A DNA stretch of 15,791 nt from Calditrichaceae bacterium (lineage in GTDB: Bacteria > Calditrichota > Calditrichia > Calditrichales > JBFXGD01), in assembly GCA_050178385.1 (NCBI GenBank), contig JBFXGD010000072.1, positions 1 through 15,791 on the forward strand. The letters are read 5' to 3'. Positions within the stretch are counted from its first letter, which is position 1. Every line of letters begins with the position of its first letter. Of the stretch, positions 6,700-15,219 are shown one piece after another. Made by a program: the position numbers and the translations under genes. Below the pieces are notes generated by a model. The model searched no databases, was not told where the DNA came from, and saw nothing but the letters and a program-made list of their open reading frames with translations.

Positions 6700-9600
6700 T
6701 TATTTAATAATGGCCAGTTTACCTCGTTTTTCACCTATTGGGGATTCCACAACATAGAAGTAAACCCCATAAGCGATATCAAGATTTTCTTTGTTTTTGA
6801 GATTCCAATCAGCCGTGCCGTTAAATGAACTTTGACTATCCGGATTTATCGTCACAACATGCTCACCGCGGGCAGTAAAGATTGTTATTTTGGAACCTGT
6901 CGGTAAATGTGTGAACGTGACTTTTCTTTCCCCGCGTCCGCTGGTAATCAGCGGCGGCAGCGGCGCTTCATGTTCATGCGCTACAACATACGGATTTGGA
7001 ACTACTTTTATCTGACTCAATTCCGCTTTTGCCTTAACGACATCTATCACCGGCTTCTCCGCTGTAAAGGTAAACTTATCTCCCGTCCGGAATGGAAGCG
7101 TGGAATTGAGCGCTAATTCAACACCGGTACCCGTCGTCATTAATGTCGTGCTCGGCTGACCTTTTATCGCGCCAATTTCCAGGAGATAGGTAAAATAATT
7201 TTTACTTTCAGGACCGGCTTCGAAGAAAAGGAGTAAGTCTTTTGGGCTTAGTTTATAAAATCCTTCGGGAGAAATTGAAGGACTAAACGGACCATATACA
7301 TACTCTACCTGCTTGTTTAGCGTTGTATTCATGATTTTAAAGTTCATCGGATAACTCTGTAGATTTACACCGAATACGGTTGTATCCAACGAATTATAGA
7401 CGACTGAGTCTGAAAATATCAGCTTGAAATTATGGGGTGTTCTTCTTCCGATCAGGTCCGGTTTCGCGTCACCGGTAAAATCGATTCCTTCCGCTCCAAG
7501 AGTAAAAGTATAGGCCTGCGGCACATTCCATCCTGATTGTGAAGCAATAAGATTAATGGCTGAATAATTTATAAAGGACAGTTGAACACCATCAAAAATG
7601 TCCGTATCAAAAACGACTTCATCGGCCTGATCCGTCTGAATTTCTCCGATATTTACACTTTTAAAAACCGGATAATACTGGTATTCAATAATATAATTTG
7701 TGTTTGGCGCCATTTCGGAGTTCGGATCATCCGGATTTGGACGAATTTCACCAGAGGCATATTTAATTTCATATGCGATGGGGCTGAGCACCGTGCCATC
7801 CATCTTTTTGATCACAATCGATTCAGGAGCCAGATTTTGCCTGCTCAACTCCACAAAGATTGTGTCATCAACGAATACTTCTTCCGAATAATCACTCATA
7901 TCTCTTACAGTATAGTAGGATGTTTTTACAGGCCAGAATTCATCCGGGTCATTTTTATCCATTCTGGGTTCATTTGAATCCGGCTTTCCATTCCCGTTCA
8001 GATCATCCGTTAAGATATTCCAGTCTCCGTCATTATCCAGTCCATCTGTACTTGTGTCAAGGAACTCAACCATATATGAATTATTATTAAGTGCTTTTTC
8101 ATCAACAACCATATATGAAACTTTTCCATTGGAAGGACCTGCGAGATGATCAAGATCCCCTTCCATTGATGGCGCCGTATACCCAGCGACATTAGTTCCC
8201 GGCGTTACTTTTACAGTATTCTGCCCTGTTTCAACTATTCCGCTTGGGAGAACTGTCACCAAAAAAGGGCTTTCAGACGGGAAAATGTCTCTCTCTGCTT
8301 CCCCTCTGTCATAGGCTGTCAATGCATAATAATAGCTACGGCCGTTTTCCACATCCGTATCAATGTAATAGTGTCTTAATCCGGTATCACTTCCCAGATT
8401 CCAGGAATATCCGTTAGCGCTATTCATTAAATCGGCAGAACCGACAAAAATCCCTTTGATGTCATTGACCAGATCCCATTGCTGGATAGGTTTGTAACCG
8501 CGTGCTCTTCCATCTGCATCCGTGACAGTGAACGCGTCCTCAAAATTGGCATCCGTCGATTTATAAAGTCGGTACCCTTCAAAATCATATTCTCTTAGCA
8601 CCGGATCAAATGAAGATTCCGATATTCTGTCCCAATACAATACAACTTTACCATCACCGACTTCTACACTCAGATTTGGTGTATCAGGTTCCTTCGGGAA
8701 CTGATAGTTTGAATCATATATCTCTTGGACCGTAGTGCGGTTTTTCAGGAGGCTCTCCTTATCCGCATCACGCCCCCCTAAACCGCCGCCATAAACCAGA
8801 GCAAGTGAGAATCGTTCTGTTCTCTTTGCAAGCAGGGGAAAGTAACCGCTGGCATAAAAAAAGTCACCGTCTTCGCCCTGAACCGGTTCATTGTTTACGA
8901 TTGAACTTGGCACATCAAAATCACCGGGTTCAACTCTTGTCCACCAGACTTCATCATCTGTCAGAAGAGTTGTAGGAGCCTGTGCATTTGTAAAATAATC
9001 AAAGCTGGTTAGTCCTATCTGATCAGATTCCCTAACATCAGTTATATCAATATTTGGCTCACCGGGCAATCCTGTACCGGTGCCTGATGTCGGAATTCCA
9101 TCATTTTCACCACGATCTCCCGTATCGGCGACCCCGTCTAAGCCCACATCGTCAGTTTCGGAATTCCAGTCATCATTATTATCAATGCCGTCACTCCGTG
9201 ATTCGTCGATCATGTTGTCATTCATGCCCTGGCCGGATTTGTAGTTAACAAAACGTAACGGCCGTAATTTATCGATCAATATTTGGCCAGTTGCAGGATC
9301 CTGTCTTCTTTGGCGATAATGTAAGAAATAATTCTCATCAATCAGTCCGTCCAGATCATTATCAATTCCATCAATCGCGTTTCGGTTTACGATCTGGCGA
9401 TTATTTTTGTCCAGAACCACATTGCCTTCCACAAGCTTTGTAACACCGGGAATAATATGGAAACTCTTACCCATGCTGACTAAGGTTGTCTCTGCCGTGA
9501 TTGTAACTAACGTCCGATTAAAGTTTTTATCAATAAGAACAACCTTATCATTCAGCTTAATAAGAATGCTGTCGAAATCAGCAGGCGCAAAAAACGATGC

Positions 9601-10602
9601 ATTTGTGAAGACACCATTTTGATCCGCATCATTATCATTATCTATACCGTCAAAAGCATTCCCCGGACTTTCAAGAAAAGCATATCCAACCATTCCGACA
9701 GGCCCGTCCCACAGTGGATTCCGGACATTGTTATCCGGAAAATCTCCTGTGTATGTTATATCGAGTTCCGCATCAAAGAACGACCAGTCATCGTCATATT
9801 CCTTTACGTCTTCAGTTGATGTCACACCGATATAAGTACCCACCAGCATTCCGAATGTTGTCTTATTATAATCGGTCGTCCCCTCATTGGTGATTTCATA
9901 CAACCAAAAAATACAGTCTTGGGCAAGAAATTGCCGCCATTGCAGCGCTCTAACCTTCATTTCCAGCGCCATCCCGCTCCTTGCTGTATTTAAGGAATCC
10001 GGTTTAAAATCAAACCTGTATTTATTATTCGCGGCAAAGTTAAATTCCGCATCCGCATTATCGTCCATGGCGAAATAGGTTTCCTCCGTGGCATTAGATA
10101 TGCCCTTTCCAAAGTAACCGTTCCACTTACCGGACCAACCCGGGTCGACGACATCATCCATACGATCAGGCCACTGCTGAGGCCAGGTAGATGGATTAGT
10201 AAACAAAGCCACTGCCGGGCCTTCTTTTGTTTCATCAAAATAGCCTCTTTTGGGTTCAAAGCCCCAGAAATCACCGGTTGATGAATTTTCCTGACGATTC
10301 GGCCGTTTATCGGCCAGGCAGTAAGTTACCGAATGAAAATAGAAGGTACTGTCCGGATTGACTTTATAAGGGATTTCGGCACCCACAAATGGGCTTACAT
10401 CACCAAGATAGCCGTTATTATCGTTCAGCCATGCGCCGCGGGGACCTTTATCAACCGGGTGTCCAATTACACCACCGTTTGTATATACTGTACTAACCAG
10501 ATTCTTATTCATAATATTATACCGGCGATACTGCTTTCCGCTCTGCGCCCAAAGATCTGTGAGCATCAGAATTATGAACAGAAATACCGTAATTTTTCTC
10601 AT
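6700..10602 (-). CDS. Large secreted protein of unknown function with Asp-rich Ca-binding-type motifs, an FN3 domain and a variant T9SS C-terminal domain
   Basis: 1300 aa, signal peptide (..LWA|Q), RBS GAGGA at 10611-10615. Repeated DG(I/L)DN(D/N) motifs. FN3 pattern P..P.L....GDGKVVLYWD...FEGYRLYKS...YIDTDVENGRSYYYALTAYD. C-terminus IKVVPNPY...I.IFT..GE.V..I...W.L.......AYGVYFY.VE......GKLAIIK. Confidence 0.8.
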   Translation of the reverse strand: MRKITVFLFIILMLTDLWAQSGKQYRRYNIMNKNLVSTVYTNGGVIGHPVDKGPRGAWLNDNNGYLGDVSPFVGAEIPYKVNPDSTFYFHSVTYCLADKRPNRQENSSTGDFWGFEPKRGYFDETKEGPAVALFTNPSTWPQQWPDRMDDVVDPGWSGKWNGYFGKGISNATEETYFAMDDNADAEFNFAANNKYRFDFKPDSLNTARSGMALEMKVRALQWRQFLAQDCIFWLYEITNEGTTDYNKTTFGMLVGTYIGVTSTEDVKEYDDDWSFFDAELDITYTGDFPDNNVRNPLWDGPVGMVGYAFLESPGNAFDGIDNDNDADQNGVFTNASFFAPADFDSILIKLNDKVVLIDKNFNRTLVTITAETTLVSMGKSFHIIPGVTKLVEGNVVLDKNNRQIVNRNAIDGIDNDLDGLIDENYFLHYRQRRQDPATGQILIDKLRPLRFVNYKSGQGMNDNMIDESRSDGIDNNDDWNSETDDVGLDGVADTGDRGENDGIPTSGTGTGLPGEPNIDITDVRESDQIGLTSFDYFTNAQAPTTLLTDDEVWWTRVEPGDFDVPSSIVNNEPVQGEDGDFFYASGYFPLLAKRTERFSLALVYGGGLGGRDADKESLLKNRTTVQEIYDSNYQFPKEPDTPNLSVEVGDGKVVLYWDRISESSFDPVLREYDFEGYRLYKSTDANFEDAFTVTDADGRARGYKPIQQWDLVNDIKGIFVGSADLMNSANGYSWNLGSDTGLRHYYIDTDVENGRSYYYALTAYDRGEAERDIFPSESPFLVTVLPSGIVETGQNTVKVTPGTNVAGYTAPSMEGDLDHLAGPSNGKVSYMVVDEKALNNNSYMVEFLDTSTDGLDNDGDWNILTDDLNGNGKPDSNEPRMDKNDPDEFWPVKTSYYTVRDMSDYSEEVFVDDTIFVELSRQNLAPESIVIKKMDGTVLSPIAYEIKYASGEIRPNPDDPNSEMAPNTNYIIEYQYYPVFKSVNIGEIQTDQADEVVFDTDIFDGVQLSFINYSAINLIASQSGWNVPQAYTFTLGAEGIDFTGDAKPDLIGRRTPHNFKLIFSDSVVYNSLDTTVFGVNLQSYPMNFKIMNTTLNKQVEYVYGPFSPSISPEGFYKLSPKDLLLFFEAGPESKNYFTYLLEIGAIKGQPSTTLMTTGTGVELALNSTLPFRTGDKFTFTAEKPVIDVVKAKAELSQIKVVPNPYVVAHEHEAPLPPLITSGRGERKVTFTHLPTGSKITIFTARGEHVVTINPDSQSSFNGTADWNLKNKENLDIAYGVYFYVVESPIGEKRGKLAIIK

Positions 10603-10629
10603 TATTACATTCCTCGTCTTAAATCTTCC

Positions 10630-13404
10630 CTAAAAATTGAAAGTTAAACCAAACTCAACTCTTCGCGGTTCGTTATAATGTGTCTCATCGGTAAACCAAT
10701 CTTCCAATGAATTTACGACCGTACCATCACTTCCAAGCGTTTCCCCTGCAGTGACTTCATCTATCGTCTGACCAGCCCTACCAGTATCATCGTATACTTC
10801 AATTTCGTTAAGCTGATCAAGAAGATTAAAGACACGCAAAAATGCCGTGAAACGATAATCGCTTATTGTAAAATCTTTATATGCCTTCAGATCTATATTA
10901 TAGGTGGCCGGTTTTGTGCCATTGTTTGTTGAAATCGAGGAGATATCAACCGTTTTTCTCGGTGTGTATGGTAATCCGCTTCCATACTGACCAATAAAAC
11001 TAACTCCCCAGCTCTGTTTTGAGTAGTTAACGGATGCGTTTATGGTATGTCGCTGATCCCAATCCAATGGCTTCAACTGCACTTCCGGCTCACTATTGCC
11101 TTCTATAAGCTTATACGCATCCTGCGGGTCCGATGCTGTTCCATCTGCGATCTGATACGTATAATCAAGTCGAGCGCTGAGTCCGGCGGAGAATCTCTTG
11201 TTAAAAGCAACAATAAATCCTTTTATCAAGCCAAAATCACTGTTTACATATTTACTGTATGTCTGCCCAGTGCCGAAGACTGTAATTTGTTCAGCAGTAG
11301 TTCCGGTCAGGTCACGAACATCACGAAAGAAAATTGTGGCATCTACCGTAATATCATCTGTAATTTGCTGCTGAATGCCGATTTCTCCCTGAATCGTCTT
11401 TTCCGGTTCAAGATCCGCATTACCAACAACCGCGGAGCCTCCGATTGGCAAATCATAATCAGGATTTGTATATAACAGCTCATATTTAGGGCGCTGGAAA
11501 AAATAGCCGTAGGAAAAATATACTTTTCCGCCCTCAGACACAGGGAATGCAGCCCCAATTCGCGGGCTGACCTGAAACTTCGCATCTGCGTCTTTGTACC
11601 AGTAAGATCTTCTTTCCTCTACGGTTACATTTGGCTCACCCGCGTCCTGAACTCCGTTCCCGTTCAGATCATGATAACGGTTCTCAGGGCGAACCGGATC
11701 ATAAAGTTCGGGATCCGTAGGATCCGCGAGTACCTGGCCATCGGGATCAAAGTAATCAAAACGAACACCTATATTGAGAATAAAGTCTTTAAACTCCATC
11801 TTATCCTGAAGATAAAAAGACGCGTCAACCGGCTTATAATCATAGCGCGCCGCATATATTGAACTGTCAGCGGGAATTTTCGTTCTGATGTAAGGTGAAC
11901 TCAGATATTTATCAAACGACAAATCTTCATTGACCGGCTGAAGTGTAATATCCTGGAATTTTAAATGATCATTTCTGTATTCTAACCCTGCTTTTATCTG
12001 GTGCGTGCGTGAGACCTGGCTTGTTATATCGAATTTCGTTAATACAGAATATGTTTCCCTTTTGAAACGACTGTTATTTGTTCCTCCGGTTTTAAAACTA
12101 TATGCCAGCTGAGAGCCAAGATCCGGGTGAACATATCGGGAATCATAGGGATCTTCATAAGCATAGTGCTTGTATTCTTTCATAAAATATGTCACACCCA
12201 GATCATAAAATGTTGTGGGTGCCAGGGTGTGTGTCATCTTAAACATCTGTGTGAACCCGGTACGGTATCGATTGAGATCACCCCCGGGATTATATTTATA
12301 ATTCCGGTCATAATCCCGATAATCAACCTGATCATAAATGGTATTTGACAGCAAATTAATTGTGGACATGGGCTTGAAAATAAATTTTGCCTGCGCGTAA
12401 TTTTTCCTGTTCCAGTTCATTGGAACATAATCACCTTCACCTTTTCCGGAGTCATCCCTGTTTGGTATCCAGGTACCTGTCGTATCATCAAAAAACGAGA
12501 CATTATTTGGATCATAGACATCTTTCCCCTCATTCCAGCCATGGAAATAGATGTGGCGGGCATTCACATAATAAAAAACCTTGTCCTTCACCAATGCGCC
12601 ATTTAAACTTCCTTCAAAATTATAGGTTGAGGCGGGATTGAAATCGCTGATATTCATAAAAACATCATCATGAGAGCTAAGATTGTCTCCTATATATGCG
12701 GTCATGCTTCCGCCAAAATCGTTAGAGCCTCCCTTTGTTACAACATTGACTATACCGCTCATCGCATTGCCATATTCCGCGTTAAAAGCCCCGCTTACTA
12801 CCTGAAGTTCCTGCACCATATTTTTATTAACATCGACAACCGTTTCCCCGTCATATGAATCCGTAACTGGGATACCGTCAATCCAGTATGCGACTTCTCC
12901 GGATCGTCCGCCACGCATATGCCCGTCAACGTAACCCGCCTGAAGTTCAAGAATTTCGTTGATTTCAGTAACCGGCAAAGCATCGATTTCTTTGTCTCCG
13001 ACGACGGATGTTGTAGCGGTGAGATCTTTTTTGATAGCCGGACGCTCAGCCACCACTGTAACCATTTCAGTTGCTTCAAGAGTCGTCTCCGACAACTTAA
13101 CATCTATTTTTGTCGTTAAATCTATCGAAACACGGATGTCTGAAATTTCCTTCGTGTTATAGCCTATATACATCGCCTGAATCGTATAAACACCCGGCGG
13201 GATATTTAAAATAGCGTAGTATCCGTCTAAATCCGTTGAAGCGCCCATTGTTGTGCCCACAATGACAATGTTGGCACCTATCAGCGGATCGCCTGTGTTT
13301 TCATCCAGTATTTGACCGGAAATCTTACCTGTTGTTCCGGCAAAAGTGTTTATAGCTGATATAAACAAAAAACCTATAACAAAGAGTAAAATACCCCTTC
13401 GCAT
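10630..13404 (-). CDS. TonB-dependent receptor with N-terminal carboxypeptidase-regulatory-like domain (not SusC type)
   Basis: Start moved to ATG 13404 (MRRGILLF..., RBS AGGAGG at 13411-13416). N-domain GKISGQILDENTGDPLIGANI...GASTDLDGYY.ILNIPPG.Y; TonB-box-like EMVTVVAE; plug RGGRSGEVAYWIDG...SGAFNAEYGNAMSGIVNVVTK; barrel motifs QVSPRIG, GNADLEPEKT, DWDQRHTIN, VFNLLD; C-terminal RVEFGLTFNF. Confidence 0.93.
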   Translation of the reverse strand: MRRGILLFVIGFLFISAINTFAGTTGKISGQILDENTGDPLIGANIVIVGTTMGASTDLDGYYAILNIPPGVYTIQAMYIGYNTKEISDIRVSIDLTTKIDVKLSETTLEATEMVTVVAERPAIKKDLTATTSVVGDKEIDALPVTEINEILELQAGYVDGHMRGGRSGEVAYWIDGIPVTDSYDGETVVDVNKNMVQELQVVSGAFNAEYGNAMSGIVNVVTKGGSNDFGGSMTAYIGDNLSSHDDVFMNISDFNPASTYNFEGSLNGALVKDKVFYYVNARHIYFHGWNEGKDVYDPNNVSFFDDTTGTWIPNRDDSGKGEGDYVPMNWNRKNYAQAKFIFKPMSTINLLSNTIYDQVDYRDYDRNYKYNPGGDLNRYRTGFTQMFKMTHTLAPTTFYDLGVTYFMKEYKHYAYEDPYDSRYVHPDLGSQLAYSFKTGGTNNSRFKRETYSVLTKFDITSQVSRTHQIKAGLEYRNDHLKFQDITLQPVNEDLSFDKYLSSPYIRTKIPADSSIYAARYDYKPVDASFYLQDKMEFKDFILNIGVRFDYFDPDGQVLADPTDPELYDPVRPENRYHDLNGNGVQDAGEPNVTVEERRSYWYKDADAKFQVSPRIGAAFPVSEGGKVYFSYGYFFQRPKYELLYTNPDYDLPIGGSAVVGNADLEPEKTIQGEIGIQQQITDDITVDATIFFRDVRDLTGTTAEQITVFGTGQTYSKYVNSDFGLIKGFIVAFNKRFSAGLSARLDYTYQIADGTASDPQDAYKLIEGNSEPEVQLKPLDWDQRHTINASVNYSKQSWGVSFIGQYGSGLPYTPRKTVDISSISTNNGTKPATYNIDLKAYKDFTISDYRFTAFLRVFNLLDQLNEIEVYDDTGRAGQTIDEVTAGETLGSDGTVVNSLEDWFTDETHYNEPRRVEFGLTFNF

Positions 13405-13482
13405 TACATTCCTCCTTAAACTATCGGAAAAGAATTCATCAATTTCATTATTTGCATCTGGCACCGATTGGGCTTTACCCCA

Positions 13483-15012
13483 TCAGTTAATCTCATACCG
13501 CCTAAACAATGAATCCATTTTTTTCTGCCATAATGGCAATCCTATCAGAGGCTCCAGGCGGGGTGAAACCAACCGATTGGCAAAATGTGATTTTCTTACA
13601 ACCATATCCAATTTATTCAATGAAACGGTGTCATAAACCGCTTTGTTAATCAAAATTTTATAATTCTCCGCATAAGATGTCAACTTCGCGTCAAAATACT
13701 CAAGACGCTTTTCTTCGATAGCTTGATTTTCGGGCTGCAGATTATTCGACGTAATATTTGAATCTAATTCTTTAAGCAGATCATACCGGAATGAGTTGGC
13801 CTGGTAATAGGATTTCCACATTAAGAATTCATCCCGCACCAGCTTATTTTGTTCATAACCATTTTTATTAGCCAGCTTATAGACGGCTTCATGCTCCATC
13901 AGTAATCTGACATTCTGAATAAAAGAGTTTATAAATGATTCCCTGTTGCTGAAATCAAATGCGTAAGGTCCATATTTTAACTGAACCATTAATTCCTGAA
14001 AAGTCCAGGTTGATCCATCAGGAAAATTAACCGCCGTATTATTTTTTAAATCATTTAAAATTGTTTGCCGGTTCAGATAGATATTCTCGGGCAGAGGCTT
14101 ATACTCAATCGGACCGGTTTGCACAGGGTCATTTTTACTGAATTCTATTTCATCAGAGACTAATTTGGCAGCTGTTTTCAGATTTTCCCACTCAACATTA
14201 CCCGATTCTTTCAGGATAGTACGCTGATACACTGCTCTGTATTGTTTTTTGATTTTGTTTCGAAGGATGCGGTCTTCTAAGGCGGGAAGTCTATTTTTAT
14301 AATCAGCTTGAGATTGTTTACCGATTATTTTTATATCATCAATCTTTATAAGATAGTATTCACCGTGAGCTTTGATAACATTGCTGATTTCATCATATTT
14401 AAGTTTATATATTTTTTCTTCCAGATCATAATCTTCATTTGCCCATTGAATCTTTTTAGAAGGAATTGATTCAGCGCTCCATCCCCTGTTTTTCATATAG
14501 TCTCTTACAGCGGCTTCGAAGGAGATTCCTGAATCGATTTTTGACTTGACTTCCAATGCGGCATTTAGCGAATCGAAAGCGATATAACGAATATCTATTT
14601 CCCGAAGCGATTTTTGATATTCATGCTGAAGCTCCGCATCCGAAATCTCAATCCTGCTTTCAACCGAGTCACGGCGGAATTGTTCGATCATAGCTTCTCT
14701 CAAATGTTGTCGAATCAACAGATTGACATTTTCATTCACTCTGGATTTTTCTTCATTCTCCAAACTGAGAATTTTTTCAGCGATCAGCGATGACAGGACT
14801 ATTTTTTTTGCAATATTGATATCAGTTATGGTCCGCAGATATGGGTTATAGTTAAGCCGGTCCTGAAATTCAGTTGTGGTAATTCCCAAATTGTTGATCT
14901 GTGCGATATTCTCTTTGTTGTCAGCTGAGCCGCAACCCGCAACAGTAATCGTAAACATTAAATAGAAAAGGATGAACGGGAACTTAATTCGATCTAATAG
15001 TAACAATTTCAT
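13483..15012 (-). CDS. PrsA/SurA-like foldase lipoprotein with a degenerate PpiC (parvulin) domain
   Basis: 509 aa, lipobox VAGC. SurA-like N-terminus (IAQINN..IT..EF...SLIAEKIL, ISDAEL..EY) and parvulin-like segment IRYIAFDS...A......I..G.SFE.....EEKIYKLK.DEISNVIK....YYLIKI. Confidence 0.75.
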   Translation of the reverse strand: MKLLLLDRIKFPFILFYLMFTITVAGCGSADNKENIAQINNLGITTTEFQDRLNYNPYLRTITDINIAKKIVLSSLIAEKILSLENEEKSRVNENVNLLIRQHLREAMIEQFRRDSVESRIEISDAELQHEYQKSLREIDIRYIAFDSLNAALEVKSKIDSGISFEAAVRDYMKNRGWSAESIPSKKIQWANEDYDLEEKIYKLKYDEISNVIKAHGEYYLIKIDDIKIIGKQSQADYKNRLPALEDRILRNKIKKQYRAVYQRTILKESGNVEWENLKTAAKLVSDEIEFSKNDPVQTGPIEYKPLPENIYLNRQTILNDLKNNTAVNFPDGSTWTFQELMVQLKYGPYAFDFSNRESFINSFIQNVRLLMEHEAVYKLANKNGYEQNKLVRDEFLMWKSYYQANSFRYDLLKELDSNITSNNLQPENQAIEEKRLEYFDAKLTSYAENYKILINKAVYDTVSLNKLDMVVRKSHFANRLVSPRLEPLIGLPLWQKKMDSLFRRYEIN

Positions 15013-15036
15013 TCAATAATCCACGCCTTCAATTTT

Positions 15037-15065
15037 ATTTTACGTGAAATTTTATACAATTTCAA
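15037..15065 (-). promoter_or_regulatory. Sigma70-type promoter for the minus-strand cluster
   Basis: Minus strand TTGAAA (15065-15060), 17-nt spacer, TAAAAT (15042-15037). Each hexamer matches consensus 5/6, and the -10 is 24 nt upstream of ATG 15012. The AT-rich context raises the chance of a coincidental match. Confidence 0.6.
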
Positions 15066-15219
15066 CAAAAATCACTCAGGAACACGACAAAAACCCAACT
15101 TTGCAAAAAAACAATGGACAAGGATCAAAGATATCGCTTCAGCCCAAAAGAACAAAAAAACACTTTCGTTATTTTAAGGATTCACAATCTCAGGAAGAAC
15201 AGCATTCCCTGCCACGCAA

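Noticed and set aside
6700..13404. Calling the TBDR and next gene susC/susD
   Set aside because: The TBDR lacks the SusC plug signature. The next protein has no lipobox Cys, is about twice SusD size, is beta-rich rather than TPR-like, and ends in a T9SS-like CTD.
13405..13464. Longer N-terminus of the TBDR given by the ORF track (similarly 5567-5578 and 6624-6635 for the two downstream genes)
   Set aside because: Downstream ATGs at 13404, 5566 and 6623 have well-spaced SD sequences and begin typical signal peptides.
13459..13473. Sigma54-like TGGCAC on the plus strand
   Set aside because: There is no TTGC at the required -12 position and it is antisense to the cluster.
379..13636. Numerous 60-142 aa plus-strand ORFs and short alternative-frame minus-strand ORFs
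   Set aside because: All lie within or across long, motif-supported minus-strand genes and show no recognisable motifs; they are shadow ORFs.
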